From a virus (lineage: Duplodnaviria; Heunggongvirae; Uroviricota; Caudoviricetes), in the IMG/VR virus record IMGVR_UViG_3300014038_000199: a stretch of 64,000 bases of DNA; one strand, given 5' to 3'. Shown here piece by piece: positions 39,901-49,426 of this stretch; within the stretch, counting starts at the first letter, position 1; the number at the start of each line of letters is the position of its first letter. Under the pieces are notes generated by a model that saw only the letters and a program-made list of their open reading frames with translations, did not search any database and had not been told where the DNA came from. The translations under genes were made by a program, and so were the position numbers.

Positions 39901-40773
39901 TTACCTGATACTTCCTATGATGCTTATATAGATAAGACAGGTATTGATAAAACCAGTGATGCATTAGCCAAAGGAAAAGCATTTGCTGATGAGGTTAAAA
40001 CTGTAGTAACTGGGTATAGGGTAGAAAAATTTGCTAAAGAGGGAATAGTAAAAGAGAGTGGATTTACAGGAATAACCAAAGTTTATCCGAATGGAACTTT
40101 TGCAGGTAAGCAATTATCTGGCGATGACAAGTATTACTTAAGAGATGGTGTTGGAACTTCTCAATCTAATTCATTAGATATAATAGGAGAAGAGCCATTA
40201 ACTCAAGTAACTTATAAAGTTTATAAGAACTCTGCAAATAATTTATTAAGTTCAAAGTTTGGAGTAATAACAGTTGAAAGAGATGGTACTGTTATAGCCA
40301 GTGGTAATAAAACTGAGGTATTATCTAATTTAGAGGTTAAGTCTTTAGATAGCAGAACAAAAGTAATAACCAACTTAAATAATGCTTTAGATAATGGAGG
40401 AACTTCTGCTGATAGAAATAATCAAAACTGGTATTATGAGGGAAATGAGCCAATAGAAGTAGTAATGACTACATTTGCTTATCAAATAGGTTTTGGTGGA
40501 GCAAATACTGTAAGGAGTGAGGTAGTAGATCCTAAGTTAGTTGGTACACTTGATAATAAGGCTGATTTACTTAACTTTGAAGATGACAAGCTTAATGCTA
40601 AGACAAGAACAATACAATATAAATTAAGTTCTGGTAGTGCAAATGCAATGGGAAGTGGAGCAAATTATATGGGAACTTTTAACAATATAAAAGTAGTAAT
40701 ACCTGGAATGACAGATGTATTCAAGTCAAGATTGCATTATATGGGTAATAATACTGTTCAAGATTTGAATTAA
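36952..40773 (+). CDS. Giant (1273 aa) secreted protein. Candidate surface, adhesin-like or apparatus component.
   Basis: Cleavable signal peptide (LAFSLGIITSLSVINPIYASS). No further TM helices. Rich in G/T/S/N/Y, typical of beta-rich extracellular proteins. RBS aggaga. Confidence 0.5.
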   Translation: MSLRKNLLKRFLAFSLGIITSLSVINPIYASSVPDFGGDVNSGSSGSERAGSWAEYAHRFFAYPQNQGIRMYLVKEDGKLASDAVDILIRYPWDIDTWTSFDGAPRSEYEKFKYSFNWTHRDVQQERNKARGESKETRFCYLAGTKTTGFSESYSSWKTHIKNRASRIGGGDIRYIKFEDFNKELSKKFNGVNFVPPSNLVGGQFTNGGQVINDFLKSRTADNKLGAQVLVDLRLDGQFGEDGRGISHNVYNNAAGSGTYLFNLLDANERQLVDTSQKTVSAIMREKKYKLALEPIYYMVPELINVEPGYHVYESERNYSNSFNFVLYGTTSSILRTIKELVNFNYGLMGDDSVIGRFLRTSTGKPNLSKIFVGGDWNTANLGVSTFQTEKEEKFGVGTSNPVTITKFDGVHDIEFYGKKYYSLEKLTGPLGQNTAAYQGYGIMFYSLDDIGTSTSTFDEKTYGSNYREGSAPQTTNDDGTFLSEYPSEGTAYKTANRDHKFRIVKFYREIDGDGNKTCLSNFVRENTVHTINIVDEGGYKVDGWFTGDSNKVPTSQSECYDTYKSSIPNIQGGGSAGSVVIPPDSIEKTLYVVLTKRIPRPPKQVTGTASKLFLEQDELAYTYSFSDIRTLYSVGHKIPYRRTITKRNVSMDKSSYNYEVVNTENYGNTNYIGYRGNFAPKETGTVSISGDIDYSISGRTLRIPSQRLADLSPNLMFSVYRDKSTDRVTLYPKYNDTVKSELTQIGITNVSYSPAQNRVGRTTGSGYYTSQFRATYGYKVKDGTIRYSYDVKRSDGSYNSVSRSFSISEGVGVISKLRSYYNTGITTKYYFGEVNNGIEEPKRTSRERFVIGGKQFGGNLYYDYSKVSLGFYPFTRMRYHTVADTSNKFAFVTSTNKSTMYGVTAVDSGVYRSNPSLYGIDVQSTQWSTHTKAVDGLARILGSQVQPSKSLIPGGATVDLKSSNTSSEASEIWLGFRTYQVCLPDTSYDAYIDKTGIDKTSDALAKGKAFADEVKTVVTGYRVEKFAKEGIVKESGFTGITKVYPNGTFAGKQLSGDDKYYLRDGVGTSQSNSLDIIGEEPLTQVTYKVYKNSANNLLSSKFGVITVERDGTVIASGNKTEVLSNLEVKSLDSRTKVITNLNNALDNGGTSADRNNQNWYYEGNEPIEVVMTTFAYQIGFGGANTVRSEVVDPKLVGTLDNKADLLNFEDDKLNAKTRTIQYKLSSGSANAMGSGANYMGTFNNIKVVIPGMTDVFKSRLHYMGNNTVQDLN

Positions 40774-40796
40774 TTAGTTCAGTGAATTAAATTAAT

Positions 40797-40836
40797 AAGG
40801 TACATATTATATTTTTAAGTATGTACCTTATTTTTT
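40797..40836 (+). terminator. Rho-independent terminator.
   Basis: TAAGGTACAT-(14-nt loop)-ATGTACCTTA followed by TTTTTT. One isolated AGTGAATTA copy lies just upstream (40781-40789). Confidence 0.75.
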
Positions 40837-40862
40837 AGATTAAAAGTAAGGAGATTGCATAT

Positions 40863-41960
40863 ATGAGAGTAGAGTATATGAAAAATATGTTGATTGATAG
40901 ACTTATAGGGTTAGATTATATATACCATAGTGATTTTATAACCAAAATGAAAAATTATATTTCAGATGAAGAAGATATAGATAAGTTAAAGGATTTAGAT
41001 GGCTTCGTCACAGATAGGGTATACCTAGATTATTTTAAGGACAACATTCAAGAAAAATTAGCTGAACATTCCATGTCTATTTTTGAGATAAAAAATATGA
41101 TTAAAAATAGTAGTGAGGTTGGTATAGGGGAGAAAGAGAGTGTTTATTTGGGGAGAGATTTTTTATATAGGAGAGATTTTAATTCAGGTGTAGTAGAAAA
41201 AGATATAGACAAAGTTAAAGTTGCTGACAATTATAAAAATGCTGATAGCTGTGCAGAAGATGAACAAGATGAGATAGACATAGACTTAAATGATGAGGAT
41301 AGCGTAGATTCGGATAGTTTATACGATAATGAAGAAGATGACAGCGACTCAGATGAGATAGACATTAACTTGGAAGAAGATGACTTTGAAGAAGATGACT
41401 TAGAAGAAGATGACTTATTAGAAGAAGATGACTTAGAAGAAGATGACAGTGAAGAAGAGGATGAAATAGATATAAACCTAGAAGAAGATGAAGATGACAT
41501 AGATTTTGATTATGAAGATAGTGATTTTTCAGGAGATGACAGTGAAGAAGATGAGATAGACATAGACTTGGAAGAAGAGGATGAAGATGACATTGACCTA
41601 GAAGAAGATGACAGTGATGAGATAGATATTGACTTAGAAGAAGATGAAGATGCCATTGACCTAGAAGAAGATGAGGAAGATGGTGAAGATGATATAGACA
41701 TTGACCTAGGAGAAGATGACAGTGATGATATAGACATAGACCTAGAGGATGATGAAGATGATATAGATTTTGACTTAGAGGATGAAGAAGAATATAGCAT
41801 AGATACAACACATAGTAATACTCCAAAACCTAAAGAAAACAAGCAACAGCATGAAAATAGAGTTAAAGAAAAAGTATTTAATAATAATTTTTCAAATAAT
41901 ACTTGGGATATACTGAACGGAGCGGTAGATGGGGTATCAAATCTCTTTAGGAGAAAATAA
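40863..41960 (+). CDS. Highly acidic tandem-repeat protein (IDIDLEEDED / EEDDLEEDD repeats).
   Basis: Residues ~120-300 are almost entirely D/E with periodic I/L. Good RBS (aaggag). The minus-strand ORFs 41231-41842 are mirror artefacts of this low-complexity DNA. Confidence 0.5.
   Translation: MRVEYMKNMLIDRLIGLDYIYHSDFITKMKNYISDEEDIDKLKDLDGFVTDRVYLDYFKDNIQEKLAEHSMSIFEIKNMIKNSSEVGIGEKESVYLGRDFLYRRDFNSGVVEKDIDKVKVADNYKNADSCAEDEQDEIDIDLNDEDSVDSDSLYDNEEDDSDSDEIDINLEEDDFEEDDLEEDDLLEEDDLEEDDSEEEDEIDINLEEDEDDIDFDYEDSDFSGDDSEEDEIDIDLEEEDEDDIDLEEDDSDEIDIDLEEDEDAIDLEEDEEDGEDDIDIDLGEDDSDDIDIDLEDDEDDIDFDLEDEEEYSIDTTHSNTPKPKENKQQHENRVKEKVFNNNFSNNTWDILNGAVDGVSNLFRRK
41230..41800 (+). repeat. Low-complexity coding repeat (gaagaagatgac-type units).
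   Basis: Degenerate 12-30-bp repeats encoding EEDD/IDIDLEE blocks. Confidence 0.6.
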
Positions 41961-42474
41961 CTTAGCTAGTAATAAATTTATAAAAGACATATTATGTTTA
42001 TGTGGTGATAGAGTTTTTAGGTTAGATAAGTTCAGTAACAGTATTGATATTATTAAGGAATTATTGAGATATTATAATAAAGATACTAGTTACAGTAATT
42101 ATATATTAAATAAAACTATAACTTTAGCATTTGATAAAGATAGTTTAAGGGTTGATAGAGAAATGCTGTCAACTAAAGGCGATGTTGTAAGACTTGCTAT
42201 AGTATCTAATAATAGGTGCATAGGGATTTTAAGTTTTACTTATATAAGAGATAGAACTTATGAAATCAGTTATTTTATTACTAGCTGTTATAGAGGGAAC
42301 AGTAACATATCTGATTTACTAGATAAAGTAAAACAGATAGCAATAAAAAATAATATTAGTTTACTTGCTAAAGTAAAGGATAATAATTTTAAGTCAAGGC
42401 ATCTTATAGAAAATCACTTGCAATTAAAGTTTATGTGTAAAGATAAGAACAATATTAGCGTTTTTGGAGGATAG
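41929..42474 (+). CDS. Hypothetical protein.
   Basis: ORF overlapping the end of the upstream gene. Weak RBS. Confidence 0.25.
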   Translation: MGYQISLGENNLASNKFIKDILCLCGDRVFRLDKFSNSIDIIKELLRYYNKDTSYSNYILNKTITLAFDKDSLRVDREMLSTKGDVVRLAIVSNNRCIGILSFTYIRDRTYEISYFITSCYRGNSNISDLLDKVKQIAIKNNISLLAKVKDNNFKSRHLIENHLQLKFMCKDKNNISVFGG

Positions 42475-42478
42475 TTGT

Positions 42479-43585
42479 ATGGAAAAAGTTATAAATGGAC
42501 AGTTGATAGATATAGGGGATATACGATTATTTGAGTTAGGCTTAGAGGGATTGTCTATAAATAAGGTCGCTATTAATAATATTAATATAGAACTTAAGGA
42601 TGATGAGAATATAAATAAGTGTATAGAGATATATAATCAAGCATACAGAAAATTACCATTTCCTTTGTATTCTATAGAAACCAACTTAAAGTATAGCTGT
42701 ATAGCTAATTTAATGAAAGAACAATTAAAATTTGATTGTAAGCTTTGGGTAAACAAATGTTTGTGTATTTATATAGTAGACTCAAAGCTATTAGTAAAGT
42801 TTATAGGAAATACTTGGTGCATAGAGTACATAGAAGAGCCTTATAAAGATAATACTGATTTGGATTCTTATAAAAAAGATGTAGGATATGCAGAGTTTAA
42901 TTGGATTTTGGAAAATAAAGATAAAGATGGGTTGGCATTAGAGTTTTATCAAGAGTTTATGAGTGATTTATTAAGAGCTTGTGGAAACAATGCTAACATA
43001 ATGGTTAAAGAGTTTTCAAAGATATTAGACTTTGAGGTTGTTCCTGAACAAGTTAAAATAAAAGATAATCATATATTAGATTGCAGTTTTCAAGATGAGT
43101 ATTATGTTGATATTTATTGTAATGAACTATTAGAAACTAAGACTGAACAATACTCTATAGATTTAACAGAAGATAATAGTGAAATAACTTCTGAAGTTGC
43201 CTTAGAACCAGTATATTCATTAGATGTATACAAGAAAACTCAATTAAAGGATGGCAGATTAGATAGTTTAGGTGCTTTAGAATTGGATGAAGATTTATCT
43301 GATAAACTCTATAATGTGTTGGATATAGAAGTAGATACTGAATTAAGAGGTGTAAAAATAGGTAATCTTATATTTTTGGAGATTAATGACACTATAACTT
43401 ATTTGAATTTATCAAATAACAAATACAGTAGAGTAGGAACTGGTATAAGTATTTATAGTTTTAATATAAATTGTATGTATTTTCTTAGACAACAATTAAT
43501 AAGAGATAAGACTTATAAGAATATAATTTATAAATATAATTTATCTAATGGTAATATAAGCATAGCAAAAATAACATTCAGCTAG
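42479..43585 (+). CDS. Hypothetical protein.
   Basis: ATG at 42479 with a ggagga RBS. Confidence 0.3.
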   Translation: MEKVINGQLIDIGDIRLFELGLEGLSINKVAINNINIELKDDENINKCIEIYNQAYRKLPFPLYSIETNLKYSCIANLMKEQLKFDCKLWVNKCLCIYIVDSKLLVKFIGNTWCIEYIEEPYKDNTDLDSYKKDVGYAEFNWILENKDKDGLALEFYQEFMSDLLRACGNNANIMVKEFSKILDFEVVPEQVKIKDNHILDCSFQDEYYVDIYCNELLETKTEQYSIDLTEDNSEITSEVALEPVYSLDVYKKTQLKDGRLDSLGALELDEDLSDKLYNVLDIEVDTELRGVKIGNLIFLEINDTITYLNLSNNKYSRVGTGISIYSFNINCMYFLRQQLIRDKTYKNIIYKYNLSNGNISIAKITFS

Positions 43586-43593
43586 GGGAAAAG

Positions 43594-44325
43594 ATGTTTA
43601 ATAATATTTTAGAAATTACAGAGTGTATAAACAAAGATGTTAATATAGCTTCATCTCATGTAACTTCTATAGGAGATAAAGTTTGTATTGAATTGTATAC
43701 TAATTGGTTTAGTTACTTTGAAGCTATTAAAGATGACGAATTTTTAGAGAAAAAGCTCAAGGACTTATTAAATAGAATAGGAACACTTGTAAAATTAAAT
43801 AATTATATAAGTGGAAAATCCAGTTTATTAGACTTAAAATTTATTTATAGTAGAAATGATTATATAACTATGATAGATTATGATAAAATAGAGATATACT
43901 TATGTAAAGAAAGTATAAACAGATTGCCCTTAGATGATTTAGAAACTGAAGTAATGGCAGATAGTTTATTAGATAGTATAAACATAGTAGAATTATTAAA
44001 ATACTTGAGTGAGAAGAAGATATTAGACAGTTATAAAGATATTTTTTCAGCATTATCTCGTGGAATGAATACTATTAATGATGTTATAAGTGCTGTAAAA
44101 GGTAAATCAAAGGGTAAATTAACTACTAAGGTTTTGTTAATTGTAGAGGATTTAGCTATAATAGCTTTGTTAAATATAGATATTTTATTGGATACTAGAA
44201 ATATTAGTGTTAGTGTCTTAGATGACAAAGTTATATCTTTAGATACTGGTGCTGTATTGGCTGATGCTACAATAAGAAGTGTGATTATAGATAGGACAAC
44301 TGCTCATTTAAGAAATAGCATTTAG
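43594..44325 (+). CDS. Hypothetical protein.
   Basis: RBS agggga. Confidence 0.3.
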   Translation: MFNNILEITECINKDVNIASSHVTSIGDKVCIELYTNWFSYFEAIKDDEFLEKKLKDLLNRIGTLVKLNNYISGKSSLLDLKFIYSRNDYITMIDYDKIEIYLCKESINRLPLDDLETEVMADSLLDSINIVELLKYLSEKKILDSYKDIFSALSRGMNTINDVISAVKGKSKGKLTTKVLLIVEDLAIIALLNIDILLDTRNISVSVLDDKVISLDTGAVLADATIRSVIIDRTTAHLRNSI

Positions 44326-44342
44326 TTTTTGGAGGATAAAGT

Positions 44343-45038
44343 ATGGATTTTGATGATAATGATTTAGATGACATTCTTAATGACTTTGATGGAGAAGATG
44401 ACAGTGGTTTTGAGAACTATGACGAAGAAGAGGTAGACTCTTTTGGTGGTAACCTTTCGGATGAAGAAGATATCTTAAGTGATTTTAATGATAACAGTAA
44501 TCAAGATACTCCACCAAGACCTCCTGTTGATAAGAAAAGGGCTTTAATTATAGGTGGCATTGGATTGTTTTTAGTATTAACTGTATTTATAGTTGCAGGC
44601 TTTATAAAGTCAGCTAAAGAAAAGAAAGCCACATTAGAGGAAAGCCAAGTTTATGAGGAAACACAACAAGATTTAAGTAGTCAGCCTAATATAGTTGAAA
44701 CTTCTGTGCAACAACCAGTACAACAACCAGTACAACAGCCAATACAAGTAGATGGAGATTGGACGGTTATAGAGGCTGATAAGACAATTAATTTAGACTC
44801 CGAGGTTACTGCTGTATTTACTGTTACTGGAATAAGGCATTTGGCTAAGCAAACGGGAGTAGAAATTGCTGTTAAATCTATAGTTACAGGTGGTATATCA
44901 GGTTTATCAGGAACTTATGATATAGAGTTGCCATACTCTTTAGCTAGGTTTGTAACAGTAGGAACTACTTTGAAACTTAAATATAAAATAGGTCAAATAG
45001 ATGGAAAAAGTGTAGTAAGTGATTTGAAAGTGGAGTAA
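44343..45038 (+). CDS. Bitopic membrane protein with an acidic N-terminus and QQPV repeats.
   Basis: D/E-rich N-terminus. TM ALIIGGIGLFLVLTVFIVAGFI. (QQPV)3 repeat. Confidence 0.4.
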   Translation: MDFDDNDLDDILNDFDGEDDSGFENYDEEEVDSFGGNLSDEEDILSDFNDNSNQDTPPRPPVDKKRALIIGGIGLFLVLTVFIVAGFIKSAKEKKATLEESQVYEETQQDLSSQPNIVETSVQQPVQQPVQQPIQVDGDWTVIEADKTINLDSEVTAVFTVTGIRHLAKQTGVEIAVKSIVTGGISGLSGTYDIELPYSLARFVTVGTTLKLKYKIGQIDGKSVVSDLKVE

Positions 45039-45105
45039 ATAGAATATGTGCTAGGTTTGTCAGAAGATAACTTTGATAAAATTGGTGTAAAATTATAAAA
45101 AGTAC

Positions 45106-45134
45106 TTGACAACCTAGTTTATATGGATTATATT
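45106..45134 (+). promoter_or_regulatory. Strong candidate promoter TTGACA-N17-TATATT.
   Basis: Consensus -35 at 45106-45111, a 17-nt spacer, then TATATT at 45129-45134, about 45 bp upstream of the 45179 start. Confidence 0.5.
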
Positions 45135-45178
45135 AAAGATAAATAATTAATAGATAAATATTTTAAGGAGGCAATTTT

Positions 45179-46117
45179 ATGGAAACTTTTGACGAGTTGG
45201 AAATGAATACTGAGGTTAATGAGGATGCTGGTTCTATTGAATCTTTTGATGAGTTAAACACACCTTCAGGTGAGCAAGGTGAAATAGCTGATATTAAAGA
45301 AACTGGTGCAAAGAAAGATGAGAACTCTGTTGAAAAGCAGGTAGCTCTTGAGTTAAGAGAGGAACTTATCAACAATCCGGAGTTTAGGGATTTGTTTAAG
45401 AGCCGTACTCAGGATTTGAGAGTAATTAATACCCTTGGTTTTTCTGATAAGGGTGGTCAGGTTTCAGTAGGATATGACAGCTCTCAGAAAAATGCTCATG
45501 GCAAAGACAAGCACCTACTTGACCAAGTATCTGAAATTGTTGGATACAAGGTCAGAAATGAAGGCGACCAGCCTATCAAGTGTGCTTCTCAAAAGTGGGT
45601 AAAAGATGAAGCTACTGGAAAGTTTGTTCCTCAGCCTTATGAATTAGTTATAAATGCTGGAGAAGAGGCTATTATAAACAAGAGAGATTTGGTTCTTATT
45701 ACAATGCAACCAGAATTTTCTTTCAACTTTGCGAATGGAATGGTAGTTTCAAAGTTAAAAGTCGAGAACGTAACCAGTGGAATGAACATAAACGACTTAG
45801 CTGAAATGCATCACATAAGACTTAACGAAAAGACTCTGAATGTCCATGATGATACATTTAAGATTAACATATCACATCAGGAAGAGAGAAACGGTGAAAC
45901 TGTGTGGGTTGTAAATGATGAATATGTGGATAAGTTCGGATACCTCAACAATGAGCCAGATGCAAAGGTTCGTAAAGAAAAGGTTAAGAAGGAGAAGAAA
46001 CCAAGAGTAAAGGTTAAGATAGATGCTAGAGATGTCAAGGCAGCTTTCTTAATGAAAGCTATACAGGCTGGCATGGCTAGCCAAACTCAGGATAAGCCAG
46101 CAAATTTAACAAAGTAA
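45179..46117 (+). CDS. Hypothetical protein with an acidic N-terminus and a Lys-rich C-terminus.
   Basis: RBS taaggagg. Confidence 0.35.
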   Translation: METFDELEMNTEVNEDAGSIESFDELNTPSGEQGEIADIKETGAKKDENSVEKQVALELREELINNPEFRDLFKSRTQDLRVINTLGFSDKGGQVSVGYDSSQKNAHGKDKHLLDQVSEIVGYKVRNEGDQPIKCASQKWVKDEATGKFVPQPYELVINAGEEAIINKRDLVLITMQPEFSFNFANGMVVSKLKVENVTSGMNINDLAEMHHIRLNEKTLNVHDDTFKINISHQEERNGETVWVVNDEYVDKFGYLNNEPDAKVRKEKVKKEKKPRVKVKIDARDVKAAFLMKAIQAGMASQTQDKPANLTK

Positions 46118-46278
46118 AAAATTATTAACATACAAATGGAAACTTGGCTAGCATTGATTGCTGAAAAGTAATAGTGTTAGCCATTATCCATCACTTTTAT
46201 TCACAGCAAAAACAAAAGAGAGGAAATGGGGGTTGAAGCCTGTTTCCTTTTTCTTTTATTCAAGGGGAAAAAACAAGA

Positions 46279-46677
46279 ATGATAGAAAGTTTATTAGGAA
46301 ATCAGCAATTATTGCTTATTTTAATATTTGTTGTATTATTGATAGCTATAGTAGTATCTATTGTAAAGAAAGCTATTAAAACGGCTGTATTTATAGCTAT
46401 TATGTTAGCTATTAATGCTTATTTAATAACTGCTGTAAACAAATTTAATGATGAGTTTGGTTTTAAGTATAAAAACGGAGTTGTTACAGTAGATAATAGG
46501 TATAATACTGGAATAGCTTTTAAGATAAACGATATACAATCGGTGAACATAGATAAAAATAAGAGTAATGATACTGAATCTACTATAGTAGTTACTTTAA
46601 GAAGTGGAGCAACTGTAGATTTTAAGATAGGCAGTCATTATGAGGGAATGGCTAGGGATATAATAAATAAAAAATAA
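46279..46677 (+). CDS. Small membrane protein (2 TM).
   Basis: Hydrophobic N-terminus LLILIFVVLLIAIVVSIV. Confidence 0.35.
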   Translation: MIESLLGNQQLLLILIFVVLLIAIVVSIVKKAIKTAVFIAIMLAINAYLITAVNKFNDEFGFKYKNGVVTVDNRYNTGIAFKINDIQSVNIDKNKSNDTESTIVVTLRSGATVDFKIGSHYEGMARDIINKK

Positions 46678-46707
46678 ATAAATTATGTACAAGATAATTT
46701 GTTATAG

Positions 46708-46750
46708 AACCTTTGAATAGTTAAAGTAAAAACTATTCAAAGGTTTTTTA
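46708..46750 (+). terminator. Rho-independent terminator (15-bp perfect stem).
   Basis: AACCTTTGAATAGTT-aaagtaaa-AACTATTCAAAGGTT followed by TTTT. Confidence 0.75.
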
Positions 46751-46772
46751 ATTTCAAAGGGGAGGTTAAATT

Positions 46773-48179
46773 TTGGGAGAGCATAACAGAGAAGATAGTA
46801 AGAACTGGGCTAGGAAGTATAGACCAAGTAGTTTATCTGAATATATGGGAGCCTCTATAAAGTCTAAGGCTACAGCCAGATTAAGTAGTGAAAGTTTGTA
46901 CCCGAGAGTATGGCTTTTAGAGGGGGATAGGGGTTCAGGTAAGACATCTTTAGCTAGGTTAATTGCTTTAGAGATGTTGTGTTTAGACAAGGTAGACGGG
47001 CATAGTTGTGGTAAATGTGAGATGTGTCAAGAGATTAGGGATAATTTATTATTCAGTGATAATGGTTCTACAACTTCTAATGTATTAGAGGTTAATGTGG
47101 CTACAGATGGCGGAAAATCTGCTGTTGAGTCCATAATGGAAGAAATGGATGTAGAGCCTATGTTTGGTAAATATAAAGTATGTATACTTGATGAGTGTCA
47201 TAAATTAACCTCGGCTGCTCAAAACAGTTTACTAAAAAGATTAGAAGAGCCTAGAGATTATGAAGTTTATATCTTATGTACAACTGATCCTGATGATTTA
47301 TTACAACCTATAGTAAGTAGATGTGAAGTAACTTTAACAGTAAAGCCAGCAAACATAAACGAGTTAGCTGATAGGTTATTGTTTATTTGTAAGCAAGAAG
47401 ATGTAATAGTAGGAAAGCAAGCACTTGTAGCTATAGCTAATGCTAAAGAGTGTAACCCTAGAGAAAGTATATTATTACTTGAGTCTATTGCAAAATCCCA
47501 TAATTATACTGTTACCTATGAAACTGTACTTAAGGAAACAGGTAGTATACAAGCTAATACTTATGTAGAGTATTTCAAAAGTGCTAATACAAGCATGACT
47601 GAAATAGTAAAATTTAACTGGAAACTAAAAAAAGATAATATACAACCAAAGGATTTTTTAATAGGGCTTAGCAAATATATAATAACTTGTCTACACATAG
47701 TAGAGGGTTTAGGATTAGAGATGTATACTCAAGACTATGTAAAAAAGGTTAAGGATTTTTTTAAGACTTATACTCCACAAGATGTAGACTATTTACTTCA
47801 AATAATAGAGTATGCATTAAAAACTCTAAATAAGGATAGTAGCATGGGAGATTTAGTTTTAATGACAACTGCTCTTAGAATAAGTAAATTAAAGCAGTTA
47901 AGCATGGGAACGGATTTATCTTGTGAAAGGAGTATAGCAACTAAAGAAACCAATAGAGGAAGTCATTTGCATGTAGACCAATTAAATAAAGATAAGAACA
48001 ATCAAGATAGCTTAAAGGGTGAGGTTAGTGTAGACAGTTCTTTAATAGCCGCCTCATTTGGTAAAGAAATGCTTGAGGTGACCGACCAAAAGCCAATCTT
48101 ATTTGATGACATAGATGAAGAAGATAGTTTAGCTTCCGATGAAGATATCTTAAATGACAGATTATTTAAGTTAGGCTAA
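46773..48179 (+). CDS. DnaX-like clamp-loader ATPase (DNA polymerase III gamma/tau / RFC-like AAA+).
   Basis: KYRPSSLSEYMG (KYRP..F.e..GQ). P-loop EGDRGSGKTSLARLIA. Zinc module HSCGKCEMCQEI. DExx-like ILDECHKLT. Sensor 1 ILCTTDP. SRC motif IVSRCEV. TTG start with ggggagg. Confidence 0.85.
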   Translation: MGEHNREDSKNWARKYRPSSLSEYMGASIKSKATARLSSESLYPRVWLLEGDRGSGKTSLARLIALEMLCLDKVDGHSCGKCEMCQEIRDNLLFSDNGSTTSNVLEVNVATDGGKSAVESIMEEMDVEPMFGKYKVCILDECHKLTSAAQNSLLKRLEEPRDYEVYILCTTDPDDLLQPIVSRCEVTLTVKPANINELADRLLFICKQEDVIVGKQALVAIANAKECNPRESILLLESIAKSHNYTVTYETVLKETGSIQANTYVEYFKSANTSMTEIVKFNWKLKKDNIQPKDFLIGLSKYIITCLHIVEGLGLEMYTQDYVKKVKDFFKTYTPQDVDYLLQIIEYALKTLNKDSSMGDLVLMTTALRISKLKQLSMGTDLSCERSIATKETNRGSHLHVDQLNKDKNNQDSLKGEVSVDSSLIAASFGKEMLEVTDQKPILFDDIDEEDSLASDEDILNDRLFKLG

Positions 48180-48221
48180 GTAGCTTTATCCAGTTAGTAT
48201 TAAATTTCATATAAAAATAGA

Positions 48222-48270
48222 AAACAGGTGTATAAACTAAGAATTTAATGTTTATATGCCTGTTTTTGTT
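48222..48270 (+). terminator. Imperfect hairpin plus T-run.
   Basis: AAACAGGTGTATAAAC ... GTTTATATGCCTGTTT followed by TTTG. Confidence 0.45.
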
Positions 48271-48304
48271 ATATAGGTGAATAAAAATTTAGGGAGGAAA
48301 ATAA

Positions 48305-49096
48305 ATGAAAAGATTATTTTTGGTATTAGCTTTATCAGTTTCTTTAGCTATACCAGTATATGCTTCCAGTTTATCTGATGTTGCTGGGCAAAATAAATCT
48401 ACACAAGCAACTACAGCAGTTCAGACTCAACCTCAGACTCAGGTTCAGACTCAGCCTCAAACTCAAGCGAGTCAAAGTACCAATACATCTAATTCAAATA
48501 CTGGTTCTATACAAATAGATAAGAGCAGAAGTAAGATGGTAAATGACCTTGCTGGGGCTGCCGATTTTAGTGGGGATAGTCAGATAGCTAAGGATGTTCA
48601 GCAAAGTACTAGACCTTACATGATGGCTATTATGCAAATACTTAGCTGGATTATTGTATTTGCTTTAGGACTTTCAGTAATGTTTGATTTACTTTATTTA
48701 GTAGCTCCGCCATTGAGAGGTGTATTAAGTGGTGGTGCAGGTGCTACTTCTGCTACCTCTGGTACAGCTACATCTGGTTCATTTGGAGGTGGTTCTTTTG
48801 GAGGAGGATCCTTTGGTGGTGGTTCTTTTGGCGGAGGAATGAGCAATCCTACTCCTGTGCAACCTGCTGGTGGGCGTGGTTTTTGTTTAGTATCTCAAGA
48901 GGCTATCAATGCTGCTACTGCTGTAGATCCACAAACTGGAAAGACAAAGAGTTCTATATCAGTTTATGCTAAGACTGCTTGGCTAAAGTTAGTCTTAACA
49001 CCAGTAGTATTGATATTTGCTGTAACAGGTTCTTTACAGCAAATAGGTTTTACAATAGCTTCAATATTGGTAAACTTAATAAAAAATATAATATAA
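48305..49096 (+). CDS. Secreted/membrane protein with QTQPQTQ and GSFGGG repeats.
   Basis: Signal peptide. (QTQP/QTQV) repeats. (GGGSFG)4. Two TM segments. Confidence 0.45.
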   Translation: MKRLFLVLALSVSLAIPVYASSLSDVAGQNKSTQATTAVQTQPQTQVQTQPQTQASQSTNTSNSNTGSIQIDKSRSKMVNDLAGAADFSGDSQIAKDVQQSTRPYMMAIMQILSWIIVFALGLSVMFDLLYLVAPPLRGVLSGGAGATSATSGTATSGSFGGGSFGGGSFGGGSFGGGMSNPTPVQPAGGRGFCLVSQEAINAATAVDPQTGKTKSSISVYAKTAWLKLVLTPVVLIFAVTGSLQQIGFTIASILVNLIKNII

Positions 49097-49113
49097 GTTT
49101 ATAGGTAAATATA

Positions 49114-49419
49114 ATGTTTGAAAGACTTAGAAGAGTAATAAGGGAAAAGAATAAAGTACAGAAAGAAAGAAAAAGGAGGCGTAATAAGGATATTATAGAA
49201 ATGAGAAACAACTCTATATTTTCTGCTAAATTAAGTAGAGACCTTAATATTATAGGAATATTGTTAATGGATTCAGATATAGACAGTATAGAAGTTGAAA
49301 CTTCTCAAGAAAATGTACCTAGGTTAGATTCAGCCATGTACGGATATGAGATGGCGGAATATGTAGTTTCCAAAGATGATACTAGGTACACTATAAGAAA
49401 TAAAGATATAACCTTATGA
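49114..49419 (+). CDS. Small basic hypothetical protein.
   Basis: K/R-rich N-terminus. Confidence 0.25.
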   Translation: MFERLRRVIREKNKVQKERKRRRNKDIIEMRNNSIFSAKLSRDLNIIGILLMDSDIDSIEVETSQENVPRLDSAMYGYEMAEYVVSKDDTRYTIRNKDITL

Positions 49420-49426
49420 TTATAAG

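Noticed and set aside
41231-41842. Minus-strand ORFs of 89-153 aa (S/L/H-rich).
   Set aside because: They are mirror images of the low-complexity gaa/gat repeat DNA that encodes the acidic protein on the + strand. The composition is implausible and no RBS is present.
46158-46379. 73-aa ORF overlapping the start of the 46279 gene.
   Set aside because: It lies over a terminator-like hairpin region with no RBS. The 46279 ORF has a TM-protein composition and a better context.
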